The notes beneath the pieces are model-generated. The model was given only the letters and a program-made list of their open reading frames with translations. It had not been told where the DNA came from and did no database searches. Position numbers and translations under genes: made by a program. From positions 434,001 through 498,000 of the forward strand of contig JAQGDQ010000015.1 of the NCBI GenBank assembly GCA_030141605.1: DNA of 64,000 bases. The letters are read 5' to 3'. This document shows positions 40,894 through 54,207 of the stretch, one piece after another. This DNA comes from Tubiluchus corallicola (lineage: Eukaryota > Animalia > Priapulida). Position 1 is the stretch's first letter. Each line of letters opens with the position of its first letter.

Positions 40894-41616
40894 ATATTTT
40901 ATTGGGTAATCACAATTACAAATCACACAATGTACACAACAATTATAAAGATACAATTACACACACATACAGCGCTACAAAAAACCTATACCACGTTATC
41001 AAGAACACAATTACACAAGTCAAACTCAACATTTTAAACCAAAGACACTACATCAAACCTTGATGTATAAACCCAATGGGCACAACATGAATATACATAA
41101 ACACAAATTTAAGATAAGTTAGCATACACATGTAGTATTTGGTTTACATAAGTGATGTTAGTTGTATACATAATTCGTTTATTTTCAATTTATAATAATT
41201 ACACTCGGGAACTAGCACATTTTAAAACAAAATTACGAGCAATTTTGAGAATTTCTGAATCGTTTGAGCCTAATAGTAATTTTAGTTTGTCATCATCTAA
41301 TATGTAATAAGTTTGATATATAGAGCTAATTTCCGTATAAAGGGTGTTTCTTAGTTGCTCATATCTACTACAGTGGAAGAGCAAATGTGTTTCGTCTTCT
41401 ATTTCTTGTTCGTTTGGGTCGCATTGTGTACAGTATCTTTCACTGGCTGGGATGTTAATAGGTTTATAATGTCTACCGGTCTCTATTGCAAGTGAGTGAG
41501 AACTAATACGTAGTTTTGTGAAAGCAATTTTAGCATTGCGGGTTACAGTATTAATTTGTAAGTAATTTTCTAATTCGTAGCGTTCTTTAACTTTGCAGTA
41601 GGTTCTTAATTTGTTT
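40894..41616 (-). mobile_element. 5'-truncated LINE 3' fragment, same family as 49900-52380
   Basis: Reverse complement aligns with 51669-52376; encodes KLRISSHSLAIETGRH...ERYCTQC..EIEDETHLLFHC; possible TSD TTATTTAA at 40885-40892 and 41615-41622. Confidence 0.92.
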
Positions 41617-44600
41617 ATTTAAACTGTGTGTGTAGGCTGTATGAACAGTAGGTGTGCCGAGTACTACTGCGAATTAGATCAAGCTGCAAGTAAGCTGCTA
41701 GGAACTATTTCGGGTTAAGATGCACACTAAGTAAGGTAATAATTAACCCCTGTAACTCAATTTCATAAAAACTATATTTAGTCAAGGTTAGCAGTAAGAC
41801 ATTTCAACCCTACCAGTTTAACGGAAACTCCCTTTCTTCACATTTTGAAATGTTTCTCCTGATATTTTACACGTTACTTCAACATAAAAATGGCACAAAA
41901 CGCGACCGCAGTGATGATAGGACATCCTTTCCTTTTGCCGCAAAAAGAAACACCCATCTATCCTGCTAGGCATGGTGAAAAATGAAGCTTGGGAAGTTAC
42001 ACGTAGAATAAAAGTGCTCGACTGCATCAAACTTATATACATGTCGATCAGCAGTCAAACTGTAGGCTATGAGAATATTTTTTACTTAAATATTTAAAGC
42101 TTTTTTCTCTGAAACCTCATTTGCACGTTCGAAAACATGCCACAAAGGTTTTGCCAGGTGTCTAAAAATGTAGGGACCGCTATTTTAATGAATTAAAAAT
42201 GTTATCTGAAAGTCATGTCTTCTTAGTTTTCCGTGTCAGACAGTATACCCGGTCTGCACAGGTTCAAAACGTCGGTAAAGCCCAGGGAACAAAATCGTCT
42301 GTCATTACTGCCTTATTGTCTAGTTCTCTTCTCTTCTATCGTTCCTGAGAATCCGTTGTTATTTTTACAATTTTGTATGCTGAAAAATGTGAAAACGATC
42401 ACTGTTCGTCAGAAGCATTGTCTGAACGGGACGTCGGGCAAAAGATACCTTGGCAGTGAGACATTTATAAAACAGAAGTGATCAGAAAATGAACAAAAAA
42501 GCAGCGCAGCGCGAAATACCAGTGATGTCACGCTAAAACTTTTAAACGTTGTACTTCGATATTAATATCTTTTTCATCTATAAAATATAGTGCATTCAAG
42601 TAAGTGTGGACAAACCTATTATATGAACTTAACACTAAAATACCAAAATGCGAGTACCCCAGTCTCTTCATTACTGGCGTATGGCTTGATTTTGCCCACG
42701 TGTAAATACAGTGAGAGTCACACATGCGCAGTGTCGTTCCTAACGCGTTGTCACCTCCGCTTTCTTCCCGGGTTTTTCGCAAGATGTCTGTGCGGCGCTA
42801 AATTTGAAGTGTTTCAATGCTAATCAAACCTAAACGCGCAATTTTATAAAAAAAATAAAGTCGCTTTTTGTATCAGGCTAGTCAATAGTGAATTTTGACA
42901 GCAAGTGTCTAGCAGGGTGACAGTGGACCTCTAAGTATACTTTACTATCGTCATGGTAACAATGTATGGCAACAACAGTGGATCACTGTGCTTTTATGGT
43001 TCGCTCAATGTAATTGTTTCATTGTTGTCATGGAAACTGCATGTTGACATTGTGATGTAACGTCACCAACTTTTTCGTCATGTCATGTTTGTTATTATTC
43101 AATTGTAGTTGTGTTTTCAAAAGTACGGGAATGTCACTTGGCAATAATTGTATCAATTTATGGGTATAAACTTGTTAAATTGTTGAACTTAGACTGTTTA
43201 ATGTGTGGTAAAGACATTTAAGAATCAGTTAGTTCCTCTTAACAAAATTCCAAATTTTCTTTAAATGTAAACTCAACAACTTCGTCTTTTATTAATTACT
43301 ACTCTTCAGAAAGTGATTTTGTGAATGAACCTCACAATATTTCTGTCTCGTTAGACTATATAATAATTATTTTCTATTAATCTTTCTCTGGATGCGGCAT
43401 AGTCTAATTAGTACAAAGCCTGAATCTACTGATTAGATTGTAATGAACACTGACACAGTTTTCCTGCTTATTTCTCCGAGCAAACTTTTTCTATGATTGT
43501 CTCGGGAACGTGCTTCTATCTTTTGGCTAATTGCTTGTACGTTTTAAGAGGCTTACTTGCATCAGTGATGGCAATATTAGCTTTATTTGGCCCTTTGAGA
43601 TGAGACTCTTTGCAAAAGTAAAGCTTGCAATACACTCGCTATTTCTTCGGGGAGTTTTATATGCCCTTATTTGCGGCCGCCTAATTCCACACATAAAATC
43701 TTGCAATGATTTCGCTGGAATGGTTTGATGATCGGGTTTTCTTTGCGTAACGTGTTGCTGTAACGTACACGCTGGGGGCATCTTGGACGTTTTGGCGCCC
43801 CCTCGTGGGTCGTAGAATCATTACTTGATAAGCTGGTATGACGCAGGTTTGATTACATTATGTATGACGAGTGGTGAAACTAAGCTTGTAAAATAGCAGC
43901 GCCTAACAGTCAGTTTTTTCCTAACGCATATCGTAAGTAACGCGTGAATTTGTAAGTAACCTACTTACACTGAAGTGGTTCATTCATCTAAGCTAAGGTG
44001 CCTTACTCTGATGGGCTGGAAATTTTTATTTAAATTGGTCAAGATGGTTTCTGAGACCTTGAATGTGGAATTTGCCAAAAATTCTACCAAGTTCACGGAA
44101 ATGTGTATGAAAATATAGACAAACTAGTTTGAAAACTGAACATCTGCTTTATTATAGCAAATTTTCAGAAATGAATGAAGTGCGATTTTTAAAGTTTAAC
44201 GTGCGCATGCGTTCTAACCTAATTTCGCGGCCGTTGCTCTAATGGATTTTTTTCAATTAACAGTTTTTATTGCAGTCTTCTAATATAAATGCTAATTCTA
44301 TGTATAATACGGGAAACAATTTTGCAGTTTATTAAATTAATTTCAGGCGAAGATGTCCAAATTTAATTAGGTTGTTTAAGATTTCCGGGCGAGGTTTTTT
44401 TTGTTCCTCATAAAAGTTTACAAAGAATATTATGTTATTTTAGAAAAATATGTTACATAGTAATCATTTTATTTGCTAAAGGCGAACGCTGTTAGTTTTA
44501 CTAAAAGTCTAAAATCCAATGTTCCCAAAAATGTAGTTGTGCCTAATTTGCTGTTGAAAAAGATCAATCACAATTTTTTTAGGTTGGTTTATACTGAGAA

Positions 44601-46496
44601 TTTAAAATTATTCAAATAAACTACTGGTAGTGAGTCAGGTGTGCATCATTATACAAGTGCTTGAAGACAGTACTGCTTGTGGCGAGTTAAAAAATGGCTG
44701 CTTATAAATGTAATTTTCCCTCGGTTCTTCTACCTGTGGAACGTTTCGCCAGAAAATTGCTTCCAAGTTAACTGCAACCTCGTCTATTTCAAAAAGATAC
44801 ACCTATTACTATAAAATAGATATCAGAATTCTGTTTTTATGGCCACCGTTATTCATTTCTACTTTTCTACTGTGATTATTATTTTATATGTGTAATGAAG
44901 TATATAGTCCAATCCTTCTTTGGTTCTATTCTCCTATACCACCTTTTCAGACCACCTTGGCATTTACGCAGTTTAAATGATGTTTTTTCGTTTCATTTGT
45001 CAAATTAAATAAATTAAAACCCCATTTTCTTGACTCCTGGAGAAACTACTGAGCTGACAAAAGCACTAAGGTAACAAACATGTTTAAGCTATCTTCTTGA
45101 CATGAATTAATTTGAGGCTGCCTAAAGTTTTAGCTTAGCAACAGTACCATACTAACAGTCCCCGATATTCGTCAGAATACAAAACTGCTACAAAACCACT
45201 AGAACGATACAAAAAGATTCCCGAAGAATTTTAATTTGTACGAGAGAAAAAGGCAATAGGAAAAACATGCCAGAAGTTGGGAGCACCTTGACACCATGCT
45301 TGGTCAATTCTAATGTAACCACACATAAGAAGGTTTGAAGAGCGTGGCATCTTAAACCTGGCGTAGAACTTGCTGTGTTGAAATATTTTAGTACACACAG
45401 AAAATGTAACTCAACATATTAATTGTCCGTGGAAACATAAAAAGAAGTTTTGGCTGTCTGTTTATCCTTGCCCTCCATGGTAAACTTATTCATTTGCTTG
45501 TCTGTCTGTCGTCCCTTTTTAGGCAAGGAGCTGTAAATTCTTCCCTGGCTCTAATATTTCACCATTTCTTGAATGTTGTACATACGAGATTTATATTATA
45601 TTCAGTATTGTTTACTTAAGCGGATTTCTGCTGTCATAAATTTATTAATGCGGTTTTTCCACAAAAATAACCTTCAATTTATGAGCCGCATTCAATTTTA
45701 AATTAAATTTGCATTGCTAATTTATGGTCGTACTATGTTACCTAGCAACTGTAAATTGCGAGGCTGAGAAGATTGGTGTATAAATTTTAAAAGAAGATTA
45801 CTTTTGCTCGAGGTGTTTGCACTGCTTCAAAATTTCCACGGAAAATATATTTTTAGATAAAGGCGTTTTTAGAAGCCAGTTCAATCACAGTTCAAATTTT
45901 CAGCTTCCTGGCGTAGCTGCTCAACTCATTTTGAGTTCTATTCGAAATAACCAAGTCCCTTTTACCTGTGGCAAGCCTTCGTATAATTTTAAATGTCATT
46001 ATAAGTTATAAGTTATTTTCTTTTTCACTTTCTTTAAAGTAATTTTTGATGAAATCTGATCATATTTCCACTTTTTAATTCATATAAACTTGCAAACGTA
46101 GAAAGCCAGAGTCAAAACTTACGGGCAGATACCTGAGGTAGAGGCTTTAAAATGGCACAGTGAACACGGTCAAGGACCAGATGTGTGATCCTTGGACACT
46201 AGTCCTCTGTCAATGACACTAGATATCAGTAAATTTCTCGATGACAATTCAAATCCTCATATCCCTTCGAATTAAATTCAGTTTTTTTCATAAATATTTA
46301 GGTATTGTGGGATAATAATCTGCAACCACACTCGACTAGGTATAGTCAGGTGTAAATGCGTTTACGGTGTTACGCTTGCGGATTTCGATTGAATTCATTC
46401 AGTCTTGTTTTACTTACCTGTTTTACTATATTGCGCCTTATAAATCCAAAAAGAGAGTGCTGTCTTTTGATTGTACCAAGTTAGTGTAAAATGCAT

Positions 46497-46666
46497 TATG
46501 AAAGCCCTATAGTATAAGTAATCTTCCATATACAATTGACATAACGTAGACGTATAATTACAATATGATCATTTTTATTAAAACTCTATAGTATAAGTAG
46601 TCTTCCATATAGGATTAACATAACGTAAGCGTACATTTACAATACAATCATTTTTATGAAAACTCT
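46497..46666. repeat. Tandem duplication, 79-bp unit, ~2 copies
   Basis: ctatagtataagta.tcttccatata at 46507 and 46586. Confidence 0.9.
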
Positions 46667-47806
46667 TGCCGTAATTTTAAGACATAGTACGTATGAAGAG
46701 TTATAGAACTGTTAGAATTGCAACACCTTTTGTGACAGTTTCTCTATGATCACTAACATTTCTTAACAGTAGAGGCAAAACAATTACTAAACATAAATAT
46801 CCTTTTTTCTCCAGTGGTCAGTAATATATCATTATAAATATGTTTATAATGCAGCTTTGCACTGCGCCCGTGGGATGGTCGTTGTTAGTTTAATGAAGCC
46901 ATCAAATGTCTTTGATGATTTGTTTACCTTGCTGGCTTCTTGTCCGAGGGGACCAGCGTGGCTTCAGTTTTATCTAGGTCAGTGTTTGATCTGTCTCGTT
47001 ATTAAAGCACTGGGTTTTTTATTGCCTGCGCTAGAGATTTCTGAAGAAGTTCTTTTTAGGGGAGATCAAAGTAAAACTTTTTGCATGACCAGTTGTGTGG
47101 CTTCGGCTTTTGTTAATAAATCCTTTTATCTTGCGTATTGAAGCTTTTGGTGTAGTGGATATTTTATACTTGAGCGAAAAATTTGTTTCTGAAAAATGCC
47201 AGGTATTTCATCAGAAGAACTTGCGCTGATGGAATGAAAGGATTTTATTGAAATCGGGAATTCAGCAATAATCGCACGCGTCTCAAACTGAAATTTATTG
47301 GAGAAATGTATACTATCATTCCTTTCAGGCTTTTAATTCAATTAAAGCACTAGATCAGTCAAGTCAATCGCTGACAAGGTGAATTACACAAATAAAAATA
47401 GTAAATTTTCTTTAGCTCACTTAAATTTTAGCTGTTGCGCTAGAGCTTTGAGAGTTCTAACGCCTAAAGCTTTAGATTGGTCACAAAACGATGACACAGA
47501 ATTTGGTACATAATGTCAGACTTCGTTAATGATTGTCTCTATTCTTGTTTTATCGTGAAAATTCAGAAATAAATCTTTATCGATTAATACATTTTCGCTT
47601 GACCACATCTGTTTACATTACATTTTCTTGAGGATATTAGTGCTTAAATTTGCATGTACAGCATGTTTTACTTAGTCTAACATTTTAGTTTTTCGTCGTA
47701 TGGTGTTCTTACTGCTGTTAAATTAGCAGCCTTATTGTTGCTATTTTGAGAAATATCTGTAGACATAGTTCGTTTCTGTAACTCTGCCTAAGACTGATTC
47801 TGTGTG

Positions 47807-48031
47807 TGCGCATGCGCTGTGAGCATATGTCATAGTTTAGCTTCTGTTTGGCTTCTCTTACATTGTACCATCAATTAATACCAGCAAACTATACTTCCAT
47901 TAATCAAAGGTTGATTCTCCATTGACTTCCGGCAATTCATTTTTCTGGCTTCGAATAGCCAATTAAAATTAATCATCAATCTGTTTGTTTTCTGTTTGTT
48001 AAAGGTCACGTGACCTAAGTGCTTGACGTCA
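47807..48031. promoter_or_regulatory. Intronic promoter-like motif cluster
   Basis: TGCGCATGCGC 47807-47817, ACTTCCGG 47925-47932, CCAAT 47959-47963, AGGTCACGTGACCT 48003-48016, TGACGTCA 48024-48031. Confidence 0.55.
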
Positions 48032-49899
48032 CTTCGTTTTATTTACTGCTGTTCTAAATAAGAAAAGTACTGCATGCTTGTTAGGGGAAAAACTTAACAG
48101 GCGAGAATTAATTTTGACATTAAAAAAGCAGTCATTTGATGAAATTAATTGAATACATACAATAAAATTAGTAATTATTCATGTTAAACTTAGGTAACCA
48201 ACACTGGACAGCAGTCCTCTAATGAAACGATTAGCAGTAAATTTCATCTCTATAGTTACTTTTTTGTGTATTGTGATTCGTGATAGTGATCTTGGTGGGA
48301 TAGTTTGGTTTTACATTTACGTAAATCCATTTTTACTTCTTTTGCAGTTGCGACTTTTCTTTTCTAAACATTATTATTTTATTTTAGTTGGAAAATGAAC
48401 ATTGCTTAGTTATCGTTAGTATTGCGATATTGCGATATTCCCTGCGTCCTGACACAGCGTGATATACATATTCGTATTCTTTTTCATATTTGTCCTGCAA
48501 CGGAAACATAAATAACCGTGTTTCAAACCAATACGTTAAATGCGTCGTTGTAATTAGAATGTACCGGCATATTATACTAGTCTCATGCGCGTGTAAAAAT
48601 AAAAAAATGTTGGTTTGGCTTATACGCTGCAATTGTTTTTTTCATTTTCCTTATTTTTCAAGTTTCTCTTGGCAGATTCATCAACGTAAATTCGGTTTTA
48701 ACATAACGTTTACTGTTCAAACTGTTTCACTGGAGCAGAAGTTCAATTCAGATCGATTTATTATCCATATTAAGGCATTACGTATACAAAAGTATAAGAA
48801 CACAATTAAAGAAGTCTCACTGTACATAAACTTATAGCTACAGTTATCTGTAACAGAAATTAGTTGAAATAATGTCAATAATTAAAACCTATTTAATATG
48901 TAAATTAAGACATGATATTATATTCTATGATACTGGTTGATTAATCATGTTACTGCTTGCAACTGAATCCTATAATATTCAAGCTGTTTTACCTGAGTCA
49001 CTTAAATTTGGCCGTTGAGCGTCATCCTTGTAACCCACTGCAAAATGGTGATGCTAATGTGCGACCACTATGACATACTGTCTCTTTCCAGCTTTGCCTG
49101 GGACTATGTAAAAAACTACCTAAGACCTGGCCATGACTAAGTTTTTGCAACGAATAATCCTGTTTCAGTTAAACTTTATCATCTAAAAACCATGAATCTT
49201 TCTCCCATTCTAGGGCCTCAACCTCAAAGGCTCTAGATTTTGACGAAATCAGCTATTGTCGGCCGTCGTTTTGATGTGATTTAGCCGGGAATTTTCCATT
49301 ATTTTAAATCAGATTGTCCCGGCAATCTCGCCGTGATTACGCCTCAATATTGAAATGCAAATTGAATTGGCCCGCAACTCAGCGCGCAATTTTCACTGCA
49401 TTAGCCGCTCAAGACGGTGAAGCAATTTTGAAAAATTGTTGTTCACATTGCACTGACAGACGAGACGTTGAGACAGTGTCGCATCCTGGCGGCAACACCA
49501 ATCCATGTGACGACGTGAAATTGCTGCTTGTGTTTTTGCTTTAATTATGCGGCGAAAGTTGGGGGGGGGCAATTCTCTGTCGTTGCAATTCTTCAGTTAG
49601 CAGTACGCCTGTTCAGTGTGAGTCAGTCATGGTCTAAGGAAGTAAAAATAACACGTTTCATTTAAGTTCATATGTAGTAAAACATTGCATGGATAAAACT
49701 TATTTTATACATGAAAATTATATCACTGCATTAATGAATGTATGTCCTTGATGTTCCTTCTTGTGGGTTTGGAAGATACCACACTCTGAGTTACTGGCTA
49801 CTGAGGACATGCTATTTTATCCAGTCCACGTAGTGATTCAATGTTTAATCCTGGGTAATAAAATTTCTTTCAAACTTTATCATGTTTTCCAATATTTAT

Positions 49900-52380
49900 T
49901 ATTGAAGTTTAATGAAGTCACTGGTTCAAATAACAAACCAATGTCAGACGTCGATCTTACCACAATGTTTAACCACTACAAACAATTACTAGCATCTAGT
50001 CAACCTGAAAACAACCAGCAAGAAAACACATACAACCAAATTCCTACTTTCAATGAGATGAATTTTACAATAAAACCACATGAAGTAATCAAAGCTGCAA
50101 ACGCACTGAAAAAAATAAATCTACCACCTACGATACCGTGTCAAATGAAGTCATAAAAAACAACAACATATCTAGCCCCATGTGTGACCAAATTATTTTA
50201 TTTAATTTACTCAGGAAATATATACCCCACGGCATGGTCCGAAAGCCTAATAGTACCAATTCACAAAAACGGAAGTAAAAATGACCCAAAAAATTATCGT
50301 AGCGTTACTATCTGCAGCTGCCTAAGCAAACTTTTTACAAAAATTCTCAATGAACGACTAAATGAATACTTGGAGAAAGAAGATATTATACATCCATCAC
50401 AAATAGGTTTCCGTAAAGGCTGTAGCACCAATGATCATTTATTAACATTAAAAACAATGATCGATAAACAAGTAAAAGCAGACAAAGGTCAGCTTTATAC
50501 ATGTTTCATCGACATTAAACAAGCATTTGATAGCGTCTGGCGATATGCCCTGTTTAATAAATTAACAAAATATGGTATTAACGGGAAAATGTTTCTCATT
50601 GTAAAAGATATGTACAGCAAAGCCAAATACTCAATAAAAACGCTAAATGGTTGTACAGATAATTTTCTGAGTACTTTGGGGTAAAACAAGGGTGTGTATT
50701 GAGTCCAACATTATTCTCGTTGTTTTTGAACGATTTCGTTAACCAGTTTAATGATACGTGTGACCCAATTATAATACAAAATGAAAGAATCAGCTGCCTC
50801 ATGTATGCCGATGACATTGTTTTAACATCAAAGTCAGAAAGTGGATTAAAAAACTCACTTAAAATACGCTCAAACTACTGTTTCAAATGGAATCTGACAA
50901 TAAATACAAACAAAACAAATATTATCGTTTTCAATAAAACTGGTAAAATGCCCTTTAACCAAACTTATCAATGCGGATCAGAACAAATTGAAGTAGTCAA
51001 ACAATACAAATACCTCGGAATAAAGTTTTACAACTATGGATCTTTTAAGCAGTCAATACAAGAACTAAAAGACAAATGCCCAAAATCTTTAAATGTACTA
51101 AGAGCTGAACTAATAAACTATAATCTACCACCGAAAATAACGATAAATCCATTTAATTCCGAAATTAAACCTATCACTTTATGGCAGCTCAGTTTGGGGG
51201 CCATACAGTGCAAATTTTCAACATGCTTTACAGTCTGACCTATCAAATGCATACGGCATTATAAGCACTGAAGACCTCAATGTAAAATTGTGCAGCTACA
51301 TACTAAATGTTAATAATAAATCAGTAAAAAACGCAGTACGGGCTGAACTTGGACAGTACCCTCTAGGAATAGATATAATATATAATGTGATAAGTTACTG
51401 GCTACAAATAATCAACAAACCTAACACATCTCTAATTAAACAGATTTATTCAGAGTCTTTAAGTCAATCAGACAGTAATATATTCAGCTGGGCAAAATTT
51501 GTGAAAGGTGTACTGAGTTTAACAGGTTTCGATCATGTATGGGAAAACCAAGGAAGTGCAAGCAACAAACGCTTACTACACAGCGTTAAACAGAAACTCC
51601 AAAATATATATCTAAAAAAGAGGAAAGAAGAATTAGAACAGAACACACAGCACTAATAACAACGATGAAAACAAATTAAGAACCTACTGCAAAGTTAAAG
51701 AACGCTACGAATTAGAAATTTATTTACAAATTAATACTATAACTCGCAATGCTAAAATTGCTTTCACGAAACTACGTATCCCACACACTTGCAATAGAAA
51801 CCGGTAGACATCATAAACCTATTAACATCCCAGCCAGTGAAAGATACTGTACACAATGCGTCCCAAACGAACAAGAAATAGAAGACGAAACATTTGCTCT
51901 TCCACTGTAGTAGATATGAACAACTAAGAAACGCTCTTTATACAGAAATTAGCTCTCTACATCCAAACTTTACTTACTTATCAGATGATGACAAACTTAA
52001 ATTATTATTAGGCTCAAACGATTCTGAAATTCTCCAAATTGCTTGTAATTTTGTTTTAAAATGTTTCAGTTCTAGGATGTAATTACAATAAAAAAAGAAC
52101 TATATATATAACTAACATCCCTTATCTATATTAAATACTATATGTGTATGCAACTACAGTAAATTTGTGTTTATGTACATTTATGTTGTATCATTGGGTT
52201 TATACATCAAAGTTTGATGTGCTGTTTTTTGTTTAAATTATTGAATTTGACTTGTAATATTGTATTCTTAGTATTTGATTTTATAGTGTTATATATATAT
52301 GTATGTAATTATATCTTTGTAATCAGTGTGTGTATTATGTGAATTGTAATTGTAACTGTTATTACCCAATAAAATATAAA
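49900..52380 (+). mobile_element. 5'-truncated, frameshifted non-LTR retrotransposon (RT-bearing ORF2; RTE-X/CR1-group-like)
   Basis: RT motifs IVPIHKNG..DPKNYR, QIGFRKG, FIDIKQAFDSV, GVKQG..LSP.LF (across a frameshift), LMYADD, YKYLG; C-terminal CxxC..H..C finger; AT-rich 3'UTR ending AATAAA; split over several ORFs. Confidence 0.95.
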
Positions 52381-52771
52381 AAAATATTATATAGTGCAAT
52401 TTGATTCCATTCAGTTTCACTCAGAAATAAAATGTTAAAATTAAGTTTTTAAGTATGTTTAGTGTCACTGTCTTCCCTCTTGCCTGCTTCTACTTGGCTG
52501 CTTTGCTTCAGCAGGTGTAAAAAAATAGAAAAACATCGTTTTTTGTAAAGATGAAAAAATCCCATTATGCACTAATTGTGGTTTAAAAACTCTGACATTA
52601 AGTTCTCATGTTGATTCCTTCTAATACTTAAGTATCAAAAAATATCTTGCTTTATCATTTAGCTTACTTCTCCTATTTTGCACTGTGCTCATATCACTGG
52701 TGAGTTATTCATTTTATTTTAATGAATCAATTTCATACTTTGCGACTTACTTTTAATAATTAATATTTCAG

Positions 52772-52856
52772 GATATGGCAATCGATGAATTAAAACGCTT
52801 GTGTGTGGAACAGCTGGAAGTCATGTCCAAAAAACGCATTCGACGCATATTAGCAG
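52772..52856 (+). CDS. CAAP1: CAAP1 homolog, exon 3 (second half of CAAP1 domain)
   Basis: tttcag|GAT; DMAIDELKRLCVEQLEVMSKKRIRRILAG; donor G|gtattc, phase 1. Confidence 0.92.
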
Positions 52857-54086
52857 GTATTCTGCTTAACGTGAAGTTTGTAAAAATATCAAATAGATGG
52901 GTTAGAGATGCTCTGCTAGGCTTGCTGATTAATTATTTTGCAGCTTCAAATTATGTTTCAAATTTCTTGATGTATTCGAGCAAATTTCATATAATATGTT
53001 AATTTTGCTGACAAAATTAATTCTAATGAAAAATTAATTCCACTAAAGTGATTAGCATTTAATTAATTACCAATTTAGTCGTAAACTAATTACTCGCCAG
53101 TGTAATAACAATATTTCATCATTTCACTATGACATTTTGAAATTTTAGCATGATAAATTTGACTGCATCATTTTGTTTTGTTTAAATACCAGTACAACAA
53201 AAAGCTTAAAATGATCATGTTTTTTTCTATAGTTTTTTAATTATTTTTTTTTATAAATTTATATATTCACAGATGTGACTTTAGATTAGTCTCCATGTTT
53301 TTCCACTTACATCATAGCACTGTGCATTAAAGAGAAATAATAGTGTTTTGTAGTTAGCCTACCGACCAAAATAACTGATGATGTTAGCAGTAAATTCCCA
53401 TGGAGCATCTTTGCTGTGTTTCACTTGAAATTGGTCCTGTTTCATTTTACAATAAGAATCCCCTACCTAACGGCGCCTGATGGTTTGTGTATGGGCCACT
53501 GTAGGATAATTGTAAATGACAAAAATTGGTAGCTAAAACATTGGCTGTTTTTAAATATATGCAATGTAAAACTTATTCCAAATAATAAAATCCAAGCATC
53601 AAGGTAAGCTATAGGAACATGCAATTTAAATTAATTTAAAATTAATTAATTTTGATTATTTTTAAATATACATAAAACAAAACTTATTTGCTCAATTTAA
53701 GTTATATAGTTAGGTGTAAACTTATACTAGCTATTAAGTTCGTATATAATTTACTAAATGTCGCTGTAAAATTAATTCATTTAGTATACTAAATATAGAA
53801 AAGCTTGTAGTATACTGAAGTAATCTTGGTATATATCAGTAACCTTCAGTGAACACATAAAAACATTAATGTTGTAGTAAAGGTCTTCAAAGCTCTATGG
53901 TAAATAAGCAAAGAACTTTTCTGCATTAGACTATATACACATGTGTTTGTTTATTTATTTATTTATTCAAGTATATTGATAGATTATATTAGTCAGTTGA
54001 ATGATTTTGTGAAACACTGATATTCACTAAATGACTGCAAGTGTTTATTTTTATCCCACGAATGTTCATCCGTCCTTTCTTTGCAG

Positions 54087-54207
54087 GAGCTGATCCAGAG
54101 GAGATTTCCTCCTCAGGTACTGAAGATGAAGATGAGGAAGAGGTGGAGGAAGAACAAGAATCCATTCAGCCAGCTGATTCTACTTCGATTGCACTGGAAG
54201 GCGACCT
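54087..54207 (+). CDS. CAAP1: CAAP1 homolog, exon 4 (acidic)
   Basis: ctttctttgcag| ... |gtaagt; (G)ADPEEISSSGTEDEDEEEVEEEQESIQPADSTSIALEGD(L); phase 1/2. Confidence 0.88.

Noticed and set aside
46411-46420. TACTTACCTG as U1 snRNA 5' end
   Set aside because: No U1 body follows; it is the reverse complement of a splice donor
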